From the NCBI RefSeq assembly GCF_002896855.1, contig NZ_CP021850.1:209665-273664 (forward strand): a DNA stretch of 64,000 nt, written 5' to 3'. Below are positions 36,483-47,347 of this stretch, piece by piece (the stretch's first letter is position 1; every line of letters starts with the position of its first letter). This stretch comes from Clostridium thermosuccinogenes. GTDB lineage: Bacteria; Bacillota; Clostridia; Acetivibrionales; DSM-5807. Under the pieces are notes generated by a model, which made no database searches, had not been told where the DNA came from, and saw only the letters and a program-made list of their open reading frames with translations. The position numbers and the translations under genes are program-made.

Positions 36483-36807
36483 AAATTTTTCTGCAGAAGG
36501 CCAGGATAAAAATTACTATGGCAAGTTATGATTAACACTGCTCTTAGATTACAACAAAAGATAGCAATGAAATACTTATTTAGTTAATTATACCAGACTA
36601 TTACAGACAGTAAATTAAATTTTCTTTACATTTTTGTTGAAGTTTGTAAGCAATGATATGTTTGACTATTATTTTACATCATATAAAATATGATGCTTTT
36701 TATATCGAAATATGGTACAATATAGTAAAATAAAGCCCGTTTTGCAACATCGTGCAGTTTGCTTCCATCAGGCGAAAGGCAAGATTGGTATAAAGGAGCT
36801 GATAAGC

Positions 36808-37230
36808 GTGAGCCAGAAAAACAAGGTAGAAGTCAGGATCGCCGGCTACGACTACACCTTGGTGGGTACCGAGTCGGATGAGTACATCCAGAAAATCGGG
36901 CTGTATGTGGATAAAAAAATGAACGAGATAATGAAGGCAAACAGCAAGCTTAGCACCTCGATGGCAGCAATACTTACAGCAATAAATGTTGCAGATGATT
37001 ATTTCAAGACATATGAAAGAGAAGCCAAGGCGAAGGATGAACTGGAGCAATGCAAAGAAGAACTGGAGAAGCTGAAGCAGGAAAAACAAAGGCTGATTTC
37101 GGCCAACAAGGCTCTGGCAGATAAAAGCACAGCACTGCAGCTGGAACTGGCAAAAAGGGAAGCTGAGCTCAAAGAAGTCAGAAATTCGCTGGATAAGGCG
37201 AGCATGTATAAGGTTGTCGGGGAGCGGTAG
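36808..37230 (+). CDS. zapA: cell division protein ZapA
   Basis: GTG start after an AAAGGAG SD; VEVRIAGYDYTLVGTESDEYIQKIGLYVDKKM is the classic ZapA N-domain, followed by a coiled coil. Confidence 0.8.
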   Translation: MSQKNKVEVRIAGYDYTLVGTESDEYIQKIGLYVDKKMNEIMKANSKLSTSMAAILTAINVADDYFKTYEREAKAKDELEQCKEELEKLKQEKQRLISANKALADKSTALQLELAKREAELKEVRNSLDKASMYKVVGER

Positions 37231-37353
37231 GAGCAGCCTTAAGTATTATCTTTGAAATATCTGAGGTTTTGTAACCAAAAAACCGCTGCCTGAATATCAA
37301 TTTGTTAATGGGAATTCATCGATGTAATAAGTGGCCGGTATAAATCTTGCCTA

Positions 37354-37767
37354 GTGGAAAGGGGTATTCTGGTGGATAATATTGTTTGGACGGATGTGGG
37401 TCAGATAGTTTTAATTGTTTTGGGCATTGTTGCATGCGTATATCTTATAATTTTGATCAACAATCTCAATAAGAGTATTGCAAAAATAAAAACGATCCTG
37501 GATGAAAATGAAGTTAACATCAATCAGGCTTTGAAGGACATACCTGTTGTCACTAAAAACTTGATTGAGATCAGTGAAACTGCAAAAAAAGAAGTAAAGT
37601 CAGTGGAGTATGCCATAAGCAGCGTGAGCGAAACCGTAAGCACAACGGCGGCAGCTGCAGGCGCATTTAAAAACAATGTTCTGGATAAAATAAAGACGGT
37701 GGTAAGATTTATAGAAATAGCTAGATTTATCATACCGAAGGGTAAAAAGAAATTAAAATTGAAATAA
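37354..37767 (+). CDS. DUF948-like membrane protein
   Basis: N-terminal TM followed by an Ala-rich helical region. Confidence 0.45.
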   Translation: MERGILVDNIVWTDVGQIVLIVLGIVACVYLIILINNLNKSIAKIKTILDENEVNINQALKDIPVVTKNLIEISETAKKEVKSVEYAISSVSETVSTTAAAAGAFKNNVLDKIKTVVRFIEIARFIIPKGKKKLKLK

Positions 37768-37916
37768 ATGTAGATTTTACTGCAAGATTGACTTTATACA
37801 TAAAACAATTATACCTAAGAAGCGCATAGGCGCTTTTTTGATAAGGGGGCATTCCGCAAGACCAAAACTTAAGGATGGCGGTGTGCCCCCATACACTATT
37901 GCCATAGGAGAAATCT

Positions 37917-40463
37917 ATGATAAGTAAAACCGAACTGCTCGCTCCTGCCGGCAACTGGGAAGCATTTATAGCGGCGGTCGAGAACGGGGCCGACGCTGTT
38001 TACCTTGGAGGAAAGCTTTTTAACGCCCGGCAGTTTGCAGGAAACTTTGATAATGAACAACTGGAAAAGGCCCTGGATTATGCCCATGTCCGGGGAGTTA
38101 AAATATATCTTACCTTGAATACCATCATAGCGGATGATGAAATAGAATCCGCCCTGGGATTTATTGGAGAAGCATACCGCATGGGCATTGACGGAATCAT
38201 TGTGCAGGACATCGGGCTTGCAAGGCTGATAAGGGAGATATTCCCCGATCTCGACCTGCATGCCAGCACCCAGATGACGGTATACAACTTAGAAGGGGTA
38301 AATTTTCTGGAAAAGATGGGCTTTAAGCGCGTTGTCCTGGCCAGGGAGCTCTCCATCGATGAAATAAAACATATAACGTCCAATACCGCTTTGGAAATAG
38401 AGGTTTTTATCCACGGAGCCCTTTGCATTTCCTACTCTGGACAGTGCCTTATGAGCAGTGTCATAGGCGGAAGAAGCGGTAACCGGGGGAAATGTGCTCA
38501 GCCCTGCAGGCTTCCCTATGAGCTCCTGGGAAGAAAGACAGGCGATGGAGATGCTTCTGACTCCATAAGCAGGTTCCGACCATATGGGAAAGGGTATCTG
38601 CTCAGCTCAAAGGACCTGTGCACTGTGGAGGAAATGGGGAAAATTGTGGGCGCCGGGGTGCGTTCCCTCAAAATAGAAGGCAGGATGAAATCGCCGGAGT
38701 ATGTTGCTGTTGTAGTGGGAACCTACAGAAAGTATCTTGACTTACTGCAGGCATCCGGAAAGGGAGAAGGAGATCATGATGTGCCGGTGGACCACAGAGA
38801 TCTGGGTAATCTGGCTCAGATATTCAACCGGGGTGGATTTTCCGCCGGGTATTTCCTGGGCAAGCTGGGAAAGGACATGATGAGCTATGAAAAACCTAAA
38901 AATTGGGGCATATATCTGGGTGAAGTGATATCCCATGATAAGGCGGCAAAGACGATAAAAGTAAAACTGGCCGAAGAGCTGTCCCTGGGTGACGGAATAG
39001 AGGTCTGGAACGGTGAGGAAGGGGAAAGCCCCGGAAATGTTGTGACTCTGCTTAGAAAAGGAAGCAGGGATGTAGATGCTGCCGGTGAGGGTGATATCGT
39101 GACGGTGGGCAGTATAAGCGGACGCATATATAAAGGAAACAAAGTGTATAGGACTTCATCAGCAAAGCTCAACGATGCAGCGAGGGAGACATATACAAGA
39201 CCGGGCCGGCGCGGGGTTCTGCTGTGGGGCCGTATGACCGTAAGGGTAGGAGAACCTGTATGGCTTGCAGTAGGCGATGAAGAAGGGAACCAGGTTGAGG
39301 TGAGAGGAAATATTTTGCCGGAGCCAGCCATAAACAAACCTCTGACGGAGGAAAGGCTCATAGGGCAGCTCCTAAAGACCGGAGGTACACCCTTTGATCT
39401 TGAAAAACCGGAAATAATCCTGGAACCAGGCTTGTCGCTCCCTATAAGTGAAATAAACAATATCCGGAGGAAAGCCCTCGAGGAGATGGAAAAAAGGAGG
39501 GCAGGACAATATAAAAGGAGGTTGCCGGATACGGCAGCGGAGAAAAAGGAAAAGCTGCTGCATTTCCCGGAAAGCGGGCAAAAGAAGGCAAAATGCCCTG
39601 AAGTCTCAGTCCTTTTTTATGATGCCGGAGAAAGCTGGGATTATACCCAGCTGGATGCCGACAGGATTTACCTTCCCTTTAGAGGATTTCTGGAGGGGAG
39701 GGTAGACGCTTCGACAATAAAAGCCATTAAAGAGGCCGGAAAGGAAGTCTTCCTATGGCTTCCGCCCATAACCCGGGGAAACTATGACCGGCTAATTAAG
39801 GCGAAGCTGGATGAGATTGAAGCCATAGGGGTAGACGGAATACTGGCAGGAAATTTAGGCTCTTTGGAATACCTAAGAAACAGAACGAAGCTCATACTGG
39901 AAGGGGATTATTCCTTTAACGCCTTCAACAGCTATAGTCTTGAGGAATTATACAAGTCAGGACTTAAGGAGATCACCCTGTCGCTGGAAATGAGCCTGGC
40001 TCAGATAAGGAGCCTGAAGGAGGTACCAGGACTTTCAAAAAACGCCGTAGTATATGGACGCATTCCGGTGATGACCAGCGAGTACTGCCCTGTGGGAAGC
40101 ATTGTCGGAGGATTCGGAAAGGGGCAGGCTTGCAACAAAGCTTGCATGAAAGGGGAATACAGGCTTAAGGATCGCAAGGGTGTGGAGTTTCCGGTACTAT
40201 GCGACCGCATTGACTGCCGTGCCATTGTGCTTAACTCCAGCGTGATCTTCGTGCCTGACAGCATTGATGGGTTAAGGGATGCAGGGATAAACAGGATACG
40301 CCTTAACATAACGGATGAAAAGGCAGAGGAGGTATACCACCTGGTAAGGCTCTTTAGAAGCGCAGCAAAAGACGGTGTCAAGGCTTTGAAGGAGTATGGA
40401 GAGTTTATTGATGAAGTAAAAAGCAAAGGATTTACAAAAGGGCATTATTATAGGGGTGTGTGA
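37917..40463 (+). CDS. U32 family peptidase with DUF3656 C-terminal extension
   Basis: LLAPAGNWEAFIAAVENGADAVYLGG start; conserved ExxxxAxCIS..GQC cysteine motif; 848 aa. Confidence 0.9.
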   Translation: MISKTELLAPAGNWEAFIAAVENGADAVYLGGKLFNARQFAGNFDNEQLEKALDYAHVRGVKIYLTLNTIIADDEIESALGFIGEAYRMGIDGIIVQDIGLARLIREIFPDLDLHASTQMTVYNLEGVNFLEKMGFKRVVLARELSIDEIKHITSNTALEIEVFIHGALCISYSGQCLMSSVIGGRSGNRGKCAQPCRLPYELLGRKTGDGDASDSISRFRPYGKGYLLSSKDLCTVEEMGKIVGAGVRSLKIEGRMKSPEYVAVVVGTYRKYLDLLQASGKGEGDHDVPVDHRDLGNLAQIFNRGGFSAGYFLGKLGKDMMSYEKPKNWGIYLGEVISHDKAAKTIKVKLAEELSLGDGIEVWNGEEGESPGNVVTLLRKGSRDVDAAGEGDIVTVGSISGRIYKGNKVYRTSSAKLNDAARETYTRPGRRGVLLWGRMTVRVGEPVWLAVGDEEGNQVEVRGNILPEPAINKPLTEERLIGQLLKTGGTPFDLEKPEIILEPGLSLPISEINNIRRKALEEMEKRRAGQYKRRLPDTAAEKKEKLLHFPESGQKKAKCPEVSVLFYDAGESWDYTQLDADRIYLPFRGFLEGRVDASTIKAIKEAGKEVFLWLPPITRGNYDRLIKAKLDEIEAIGVDGILAGNLGSLEYLRNRTKLILEGDYSFNAFNSYSLEELYKSGLKEITLSLEMSLAQIRSLKEVPGLSKNAVVYGRIPVMTSEYCPVGSIVGGFGKGQACNKACMKGEYRLKDRKGVEFPVLCDRIDCRAIVLNSSVIFVPDSIDGLRDAGINRIRLNITDEKAEEVYHLVRLFRSAAKDGVKALKEYGEFIDEVKSKGFTKGHYYRGV

Positions 40464-40560
40464 GCTAAGCTAAATATTGCAAAAGGTTCCGGTGCGTAAG
40501 CTCAATACGCGGATGCCTTGATGGAAACTAAAAATAAAAAAGATGAAAAGGGGATAAAAA

Positions 40561-41064
40561 ATGAGCAAAGAGATAGAGGTCTATGTGGAAATCTGCCGGG
40601 AAGGCGCCATACTCCCGGAATATGCCCGGCCAGGGGACGCAGGCATGGATGTATATGCCGCTGAAGAAGCTTTTATAAACCCGGGGGAGACCGTGGTGAT
40701 ACCTACAGGACTGAAACTGGCCATACCGGAAGGCTTTGAGATACAGGTAAGGCCCAGGAGCGGTGTTTCCTTAAAGACGCCCTTAAGGATCACCAATTCG
40801 CCGGGTACGATAGACAGCGGTTATAGGGACGAACTGGGCATAATAATGACCAATACCTCGGAGACAAACGGAAAGGAATCCGAAGAGGTATTCACCATCG
40901 ACAGCAAAGGAAACAAAAAAGGCATCTATCATATCCGAAAAGGCGACCGCATAGCTCAGATCGTTCTCCAGGAAGTGCCACGCATGAGGCTGTCAGTAGT
41001 GGATTCGGTAAAAGGTATCGGCACGGATCGAGGTGGAGGTTTCGGATCTACCGGGATAAGATGA
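40561..41064 (+). CDS. dut: dUTP diphosphatase
   Basis: ARPGDAGMDV, RPRSG and TIDSGYRDE dUTPase motifs. Confidence 0.9.
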   Translation: MSKEIEVYVEICREGAILPEYARPGDAGMDVYAAEEAFINPGETVVIPTGLKLAIPEGFEIQVRPRSGVSLKTPLRITNSPGTIDSGYRDELGIIMTNTSETNGKESEEVFTIDSKGNKKGIYHIRKGDRIAQIVLQEVPRMRLSVVDSVKGIGTDRGGGFGSTGIR

Positions 41065-41442
41065 AATAAATATTCATAAGTTTAATCATTTCCTGCAAAT
41101 ATTCCCCGAAAAAAGTTTCGGCAAATACTTGCAGGGTAGTACTTGAGTTGCCGGATTTCAAGGCACTTACATATAAAAATTGGATGTTTTTTGTAGAGAA
41201 ATAGGCTAAATTGGCAATGCTTGAAGGAATTTTATGTTTTACAAAAAGCATACTCGTATGTATAATTTACAAAGGGAAGCGGGCAAGCATATGGCGCTGC
41301 ATACAGTTAATGCTTGTTGACACTCCGTCCCATACGGTTTAAAATGAAATTGCCTATCCGCTATCTCACAGCAGCATGGCGGATAAGCTGCAATCAGCAT
41401 AGCCGGTACAATAAACCGCAGGGTGGTGATATTACGGAGCAA

Positions 41443-41958
41443 GTGGTATTTAGCGATGATTGGTATGCCTTGTTTGTTCGCACCGGTAAGGAAGACCAGG
41501 TAAAGGATTATATACTGAAGAACTCTGACGGCAAATTAAGGGCTGTAGTTCCCAAGAGGAAGCTAAAAGAGAGGAAAGGCGGTTCCTGGTCATATGTAAT
41601 ACGCACCCTTTTTCCCGGGTATGTGCTGCTAAATGGTGACATCGAGGATGAAAAGCACAATTATTACAAGGATATACCCGGGGCTATAAAGCTCCTGAGA
41701 GGCGGCTATGAACCTTTAAAGATTGAAAAGCATGAGATATGGACGATAAGCAGCCTTATCTGCGATGATGAGACCATCGGTTTTTCCAGCGTGATGATAA
41801 AAGGCGGAAAAGTTGTGGTGGTAGATGGCCCTCTTGTTTCGATGGAAGGACTGATTGTAGATATCAACAGGAGGAAGGAAAGGGCGAAGGTAAGGCTTAA
41901 CTTTATGGGTGAGCCGAGAATTGTGGAGTTGGGGATATCGGTCCTGCAACCGGTCTGA
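41443..41958 (+). CDS. NusG paralog (LoaP/UpxY-like specialised antiterminator: NGN + KOW domains)
   Basis: NGN start WYALFVRTGKEDQV; KOW KGGKVVVVDGPLVSMEGLIVDINRRKERAKVRL; sits directly upstream of the polysaccharide operon; start uncertain (GTG 41443; ORF opens at 41314). Confidence 0.75.
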   Translation: MVFSDDWYALFVRTGKEDQVKDYILKNSDGKLRAVVPKRKLKERKGGSWSYVIRTLFPGYVLLNGDIEDEKHNYYKDIPGAIKLLRGGYEPLKIEKHEIWTISSLICDDETIGFSSVMIKGGKVVVVDGPLVSMEGLIVDINRRKERAKVRLNFMGEPRIVELGISVLQPV

Positions 41959-42531
41959 AAGCAGTTTATCCTGCTGATGGAATGGATACAGGTTCTTGCA
42001 AAAAATATCAATTTACTTATTAATTTTGGCAAAAAAAATCACATTGCCCCATAAAAGCAGGTAATGCTTCAAAGACAGGTATATGTTGACATTTTTAGCT
42101 AACGTAACTAAAATTAAAACTGCAGATTGATTTGCTGTTTTAGTAATTTGCTTAATCTTTTGAACCAGTTTACAGCAGGCCGGTTTTGCGCCTGCTTTTA
42201 AGTAAGACAAAATCCGAAGTTCTGCTCTGGTGTTTCGGCCCACTGCCAGAATAAGGAGGAGATACTAATCTAATTTTGTAGCATGGAAGAATCGCCATGT
42301 GAAAGGGCGAAGCTATGCTTTCAGGTCTATGAAGAAAATTTGCTTAATAATAATAGATAAATAAAGAATTAGTATATTTATCCGTTTGTGATGGAAAAAC
42401 GGGTGAAAAATATAGAAACTTAACTCCTGAAAGGGCAAGTTAAAACTCTTGGTAAGTCCTCAATGGCAATTCGTTGGGTTCATTGGACTAAGGAGTTAAG
42501 ATGAAAGGCAGGAGCAATCAAAGCGGCGTGT

Positions 42532-44430
42532 ATGGCAAGAGTGGCTTTGCTTCCGGCCTTAAGCAGGGGGGTAAAATGGTTGCTGATTTATACTCGTAAA
42601 TTGCTACTGGTAATAGTAGATTTTGTCCTTATCAGTTTATCCATATATATAGGTTTAGTTCTTAGATTTGACGGGGAGATACCCGAGTTATATTTGTCCA
42701 GATTTGTCAATTCTTTTGCCATACTAGCAGCTGTAAATGTTCTTATATACTTCATTTTCGGTATTTATCACAGTTTATGGAGAAATGCAAGCGTAGACGA
42801 GCTTTTTATGCTGTTTTTTGCGACAGTATCGGCAAGCATAATCGACCTTTTGATTGGCTATGGCTTCGATATCAGGCTCCCCAGGTCCGTATACATCATT
42901 TCCTGCCTTTTGGCCTTAATCTTCATTGGAGGATTCCGTATGAGCTACCGGGTGCTCAGGAGACTTAAAAATGTGGGTATTTCAATGCACGACAAAAGGA
43001 AGAGGGTAATGGTGATAGGCGGCGGCGATGCCGGCTCCATGGTGATAAAGGAGTTGAAAACTGCCGGATGTACGCAGTATCAAGCAGTGGCTGTGATTGA
43101 TGATGACAGATGGAAGCAGAAATTGAAAATACATGGCGTTCCTATAAAAGGCGGCCGGGAAAAGATATGTGAGGTTGCTGAGAAAGACGGCATTGATGAA
43201 ATAATAATAGCCCTGCCGTCAGTAGACAGAAAAGAAGTATCGGAGATTCTGGATATATGCAAGAAGACAAAGTGCAAGCTGAAAACCCTGCCTGGTGTAT
43301 ATGAAATAATTAATGGTAAGGTGGGTCTCAGCCAGATAAGGGATGTAAGCATAGACGACCTCCTGGGAAGGGATGAGGTCAAGCTGGATATGCATGAAGC
43401 CTCAGGGTATCTGAAAGACGAAGTGGTATTGGTGACAGGGGGAGGCGGGTCCATAGGCTCCGAGCTCTGCCGGCAGATAGCCAGGTTTAAACCTAAAAAG
43501 CTGATAATCCTGGATATATATGAGAATAACGCTTATGACCTGCAGAATGAACTTCTGCAAATATATAAAAATGATATAAACCTTGAAGTGGTCATAGCAT
43601 CGGTAAGGGACAGGAAGAGACTGAGGCAGGTATTTGAAACCTACCGCCCTGGTGTAGTATTCCACGCAGCGGCTCACAAACACGTGCCCCTTATGGAAGC
43701 TAATCCTGCCGAGGCTGTGAAGAACAACATTTTTGGGACACTAAACACGGCCCAGTGCGCTGATGAGTTCGGAGTAAAGAGGTTTGTGCTCATCTCCACA
43801 GACAAGGCCGTAAACCCGACAAATATCATGGGAGCCACCAAAAGAGTGGCTGAGATGATAATCCAGTCTTTGGACAAAATCAGCAAAACTGAGTTTGTGG
43901 CTGTAAGGTTTGGTAATGTTTTGGGAAGCAATGGCAGCGTCATTCCTCTTTTTAAGAAACAGATAGCCAATGGGGGCCCGGTCACGGTAACCCATCCTGA
44001 GATAACCAGGTTTTTCATGACCATTCCGGAAGCGGCCCGTTTGGTGCTGCAGGCGGGAGCTATGGCCCGCGGAGGGGAAATATTCATACTGGATATGGGC
44101 AAGCCGGTAAAAATAGTGGATCTGGCTAGAGACCTTATACGTCTGTCAGGCTTTGAGCCGGATAAGGATATTAAGATAGAATTTACTGGCCTCAGACCGG
44201 GAGAGAAGCTTTATGAAGAGCTGCTGCTGGCTGAGGAGGGTATCCAGGCTACCCGGCATGACAAGATATTCATAGGAAAACCTCTGGATATTGAATACAT
44301 GGATCTGATGGAAAAGCTCAGGAAGCTGGAAGTCAATGTAGATGACCCGGAAAAGCTGAGGGAGACTATGGCTATGGTAGTGCCGACCTATAATTATGCC
44401 AGGGAAGAAGTTGCCGCAGCTGGGATTTAG
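42532..44430 (+). CDS. capD: membrane-bound UDP-GlcNAc 4,6-dehydratase (CapD/WbpM/PglF family polysaccharide biosynthesis protein)
   Basis: four N-terminal TM helices, two Rossmann motifs (VMVIGGGDAGS; VLVTGGGGSIGSEL), SDR catalytic region; start uncertain. Confidence 0.85.
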   Translation: MARVALLPALSRGVKWLLIYTRKLLLVIVDFVLISLSIYIGLVLRFDGEIPELYLSRFVNSFAILAAVNVLIYFIFGIYHSLWRNASVDELFMLFFATVSASIIDLLIGYGFDIRLPRSVYIISCLLALIFIGGFRMSYRVLRRLKNVGISMHDKRKRVMVIGGGDAGSMVIKELKTAGCTQYQAVAVIDDDRWKQKLKIHGVPIKGGREKICEVAEKDGIDEIIIALPSVDRKEVSEILDICKKTKCKLKTLPGVYEIINGKVGLSQIRDVSIDDLLGRDEVKLDMHEASGYLKDEVVLVTGGGGSIGSELCRQIARFKPKKLIILDIYENNAYDLQNELLQIYKNDINLEVVIASVRDRKRLRQVFETYRPGVVFHAAAHKHVPLMEANPAEAVKNNIFGTLNTAQCADEFGVKRFVLISTDKAVNPTNIMGATKRVAEMIIQSLDKISKTEFVAVRFGNVLGSNGSVIPLFKKQIANGGPVTVTHPEITRFFMTIPEAARLVLQAGAMARGGEIFILDMGKPVKIVDLARDLIRLSGFEPDKDIKIEFTGLRPGEKLYEELLLAEEGIQATRHDKIFIGKPLDIEYMDLMEKLRKLEVNVDDPEKLRETMAMVVPTYNYAREEVAAAGI

Positions 44431-44567
44431 AAAGTTGAAATATTAAATTTTTAAGTAGTAAGGTATATAGACTAGCATTCTTTAAAGAAGTGCTGTGTCA
44501 GCACATGCTGGAATATAATAAAAACGCAAGAACTTAGATTCATGTAGAAGTATGGGGGTCTTAAGCA

Positions 44568-45212
44568 GTGGTTTACTTAAAAATAAAGCGACTATTAGAT
44601 ATTGTGATTTCGCTTGTAGGATTGGTTTTATTATCTCCGCTGTTTTTAATTTTGGTTGTGGCAATTAAACTGGATTCCAAAGGACCGGTATTGTTCAAGC
44701 AAAAACGTGTAGGGATTCATAAGAGTCATTTTGACATATTGAAATTCCGCACAATGCGTATAGATACTCCCAAAGATACACCAACACATATGCTCAAAAA
44801 CCCCGAGCAATATATAACAAGAGTAGGCAAGTTTTTGCGCAAGACAAGCCTGGATGAGCTACCGCAGATATGGAATATTCTCATAGGACATATGTCCATT
44901 ATAGGGCCAAGGCCTGCTCTCTGGAACCAATATGATCTGATAGCAGAGAGGGATAAGTACGGAGCTAATGACGTGCGACCAGGATTGACCGGCTGGGCGC
45001 AGATCAATGGCAGGGATGAACTGCCGATTGAGGTTAAAGCAAAGTTAGATGGAGAGTACGTTAAGAGAATTAGCTTCTTGTTTGATCTAAAATGCTTCTT
45101 TGGCACCATTGTCAGTGTAATCAAAAGCGACGGCGTGATTGAAGGCGGAACCGGCGCGATAGAAGAAGCTAAAAATAAAGCTGAAGCTGAGAAGGTTTTA
45201 GAGGAGGCATAA
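44568..45212 (+). CDS. initiating phosphoglycosyl transferase (small bacterial sugar transferase, Cap5M/PglC-like)
   Basis: single N-terminal TM followed by the KFRTM...DELPQ...GPRP core. Confidence 0.85.
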   Translation: MVYLKIKRLLDIVISLVGLVLLSPLFLILVVAIKLDSKGPVLFKQKRVGIHKSHFDILKFRTMRIDTPKDTPTHMLKNPEQYITRVGKFLRKTSLDELPQIWNILIGHMSIIGPRPALWNQYDLIAERDKYGANDVRPGLTGWAQINGRDELPIEVKAKLDGEYVKRISFLFDLKCFFGTIVSVIKSDGVIEGGTGAIEEAKNKAEAEKVLEEA

Positions 45213-45216
45213 TAGA

Positions 45217-46086
45217 TTGAAAAAGATTCTTATTACTGGTGCCAACAGCTATATTGGGACAAGCTTTGAAAAGTGGGTGGCACAGTGGCCGGATAAATAT
45301 TCTGTTGATACTGTTGATATGATAGATGGTACCTGGAAAGAGAAAGATTTTTCCGGCTATGATGTTGTATTTCATGTGGCTGGGATTGTTCATGTAAAAG
45401 AAAAAAATACAAGTAAATATTTCGAAGTAAATAGAGATTTGGCTGTAGATGTAGCGGAGAAAGCAAAGTCTGAAGGAGTAAAACAATTTATATTTTTAAG
45501 TACAATGGGGGTTTATGGAACTGAAACAGGATATATAACAGAAAAAACTTTACCTGACCCGAAGACACCATATGCCAAATCAAAATACGAAGCAGAAAAG
45601 TTGCTATTGAAAATGAATGAAGATAGTAGTTTCAAGGTAGCGGTTCTTAGACCTCCAATAGTTTATGGAAAGGGTTGTAAAGGTAATTATCCAAGATTAG
45701 CTCGCTTGGCTGTTAAATTGCCTATCTTTCCTGATGTAAATAATGAGCGAAGTATGATATATATAGATAATTTATCTGAATTTACTCGGTTATTGATAGA
45801 GTATTGTGCTGAGGGATTATTTTTCCCTCAGAATAAGGACTATGTAAATACTACTGAATTGGTAAGACTCATTGCAAAATCGCATAATAAAGAGATTAGA
45901 ATTACTAAGTTTTTTAATTTTGCTATTAGTATAGGTTTTAAGATGTCAGAAACATTAAGAAAAGTTTTTGGATCTTGTGTATATGATAAAAAAATGATTG
46001 GTTATCATGGTACAACTATTGATGGATGGAAGATGGAATATGAAACTGTTTCCTTTGAGGAATCGATTAAACTGACAGAAAGTTAA
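45217..46086 (+). CDS. NAD-dependent epimerase/dehydratase family reductase (Cap5N-like, probable UDP-4-keto-6-deoxy-GlcNAc reductase)
   Basis: ILITGANSYIG Rossmann motif and YAKSK catalytic dyad; TTG start. Confidence 0.7.
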   Translation: MKKILITGANSYIGTSFEKWVAQWPDKYSVDTVDMIDGTWKEKDFSGYDVVFHVAGIVHVKEKNTSKYFEVNRDLAVDVAEKAKSEGVKQFIFLSTMGVYGTETGYITEKTLPDPKTPYAKSKYEAEKLLLKMNEDSSFKVAVLRPPIVYGKGCKGNYPRLARLAVKLPIFPDVNNERSMIYIDNLSEFTRLLIEYCAEGLFFPQNKDYVNTTELVRLIAKSHNKEIRITKFFNFAISIGFKMSETLRKVFGSCVYDKKMIGYHGTTIDGWKMEYETVSFEESIKLTES

Positions 46087-46107
46087 TAACTGAGGGAAAA
46101 AGTATCT

Positions 46108-47346
46108 ATGAAACAGAAAAAGGATATTTTGTTTTTATGTCAATATTTTTATCCAGAATATGTATCTTCAGCCACGCTTCCATATGACACAGCAGTAGCA
46201 TTAGTAAAGGCTGGTTTTAGTGTTGGAGCTATGTGTGGGTATCCAAAGGAATACAATAAGTCAGGAAAAGTTCCTTTGAAAGAAGTCTATGAAGATATAG
46301 AAATAAGAAGATTAAAGTATATCCAACTAAAGCGAAGTAATTTTATTGGAAGATTAATTAATTATTTTTCATTCACTTTTTCTGTTGCTTTAAGATTTCC
46401 TAGTTTACGAAATTATAAATCTATAATTGTTTATTCCAATCCACCAGTATTGCCTTTAATTGCAGCATGGGCAAGCAAGCTCTTTCACACAAAAATAGTT
46501 TTTGTTAGTTATGATGTCTATCCTGAGATTGCTCATATTACAAATAGTATTTCAGTAAGTAGTATAATTAGTAAAATGATGAAAAAATTTAATAAGACTA
46601 TTTTTAAACATGTAAATAAAGTAGTGGCTTTATCAAATGAGATGAAAGATTATCTGCTAGAACATAGATTATCGTTAAAGCGTCATCAAGTAGAAGTAAT
46701 TCCTAATTGGTATGAAGATAAGGGAATTATAGATACTTCAAAATCCTATAAGAATGAGTTATTTAAAGATTTGGCATTAGGGGAGAACCTTGTGGTTTCT
46801 TATTTTGGAAATATGGGAATCTGCCAAGATCTGGATACTATATTAGATGCAATAAGAGAACTAAAAAATATAAATGACATAAGATTCATATTCGCCGGGC
46901 ATGGAAATAAAATGGAAGCTTTTAAGTCTATAGTAAAAGAAGAAAACCTACAGAATGTTACTATATATGATTTTTTACATGGTCAAGATTTTCAAGACGC
47001 TTTGAATATAAGCGATTGCTTTCTTGTAAGCTTGGCAGAGGGTTTAACAGGCCTTGCAGTACCTAGTAAAACATACAGTTATATGATGGCTGGAAAACCG
47101 GTAATTGCCATTATGGGCAGAAACTCAGATATATCAAAGGATTTATTAGAGAATGATGCTGGTTTTGCATTGGAAGTTGGAGAGGTATCAAAATTAGTAA
47201 ATGCAATACTTGAATTAAAGAACGACAAAACAAGAAAAGAATTGATGGGTAAAAACTGTAGGGAGTTATTTCTTAAGAAATATACAAAAGAAAAGTGTAC
47301 TCAACAGTATGTAGATATGATGAAAAAAATATTGGAGGCGCATTAA
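46108..47346 (+). CDS. GT4 family glycosyltransferase (WbuB/Cap5L-like, candidate L-FucNAc transferase)
   Basis: GT-B fold with a C-terminal EX7E-like region; directly upstream of fnlABC. Confidence 0.7.
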   Translation: MKQKKDILFLCQYFYPEYVSSATLPYDTAVALVKAGFSVGAMCGYPKEYNKSGKVPLKEVYEDIEIRRLKYIQLKRSNFIGRLINYFSFTFSVALRFPSLRNYKSIIVYSNPPVLPLIAAWASKLFHTKIVFVSYDVYPEIAHITNSISVSSIISKMMKKFNKTIFKHVNKVVALSNEMKDYLLEHRLSLKRHQVEVIPNWYEDKGIIDTSKSYKNELFKDLALGENLVVSYFGNMGICQDLDTILDAIRELKNINDIRFIFAGHGNKMEAFKSIVKEENLQNVTIYDFLHGQDFQDALNISDCFLVSLAEGLTGLAVPSKTYSYMMAGKPVIAIMGRNSDISKDLLENDAGFALEVGEVSKLVNAILELKNDKTRKELMGKNCRELFLKKYTKEKCTQQYVDMMKKILEAH

Positions 47347-47347
47347 T

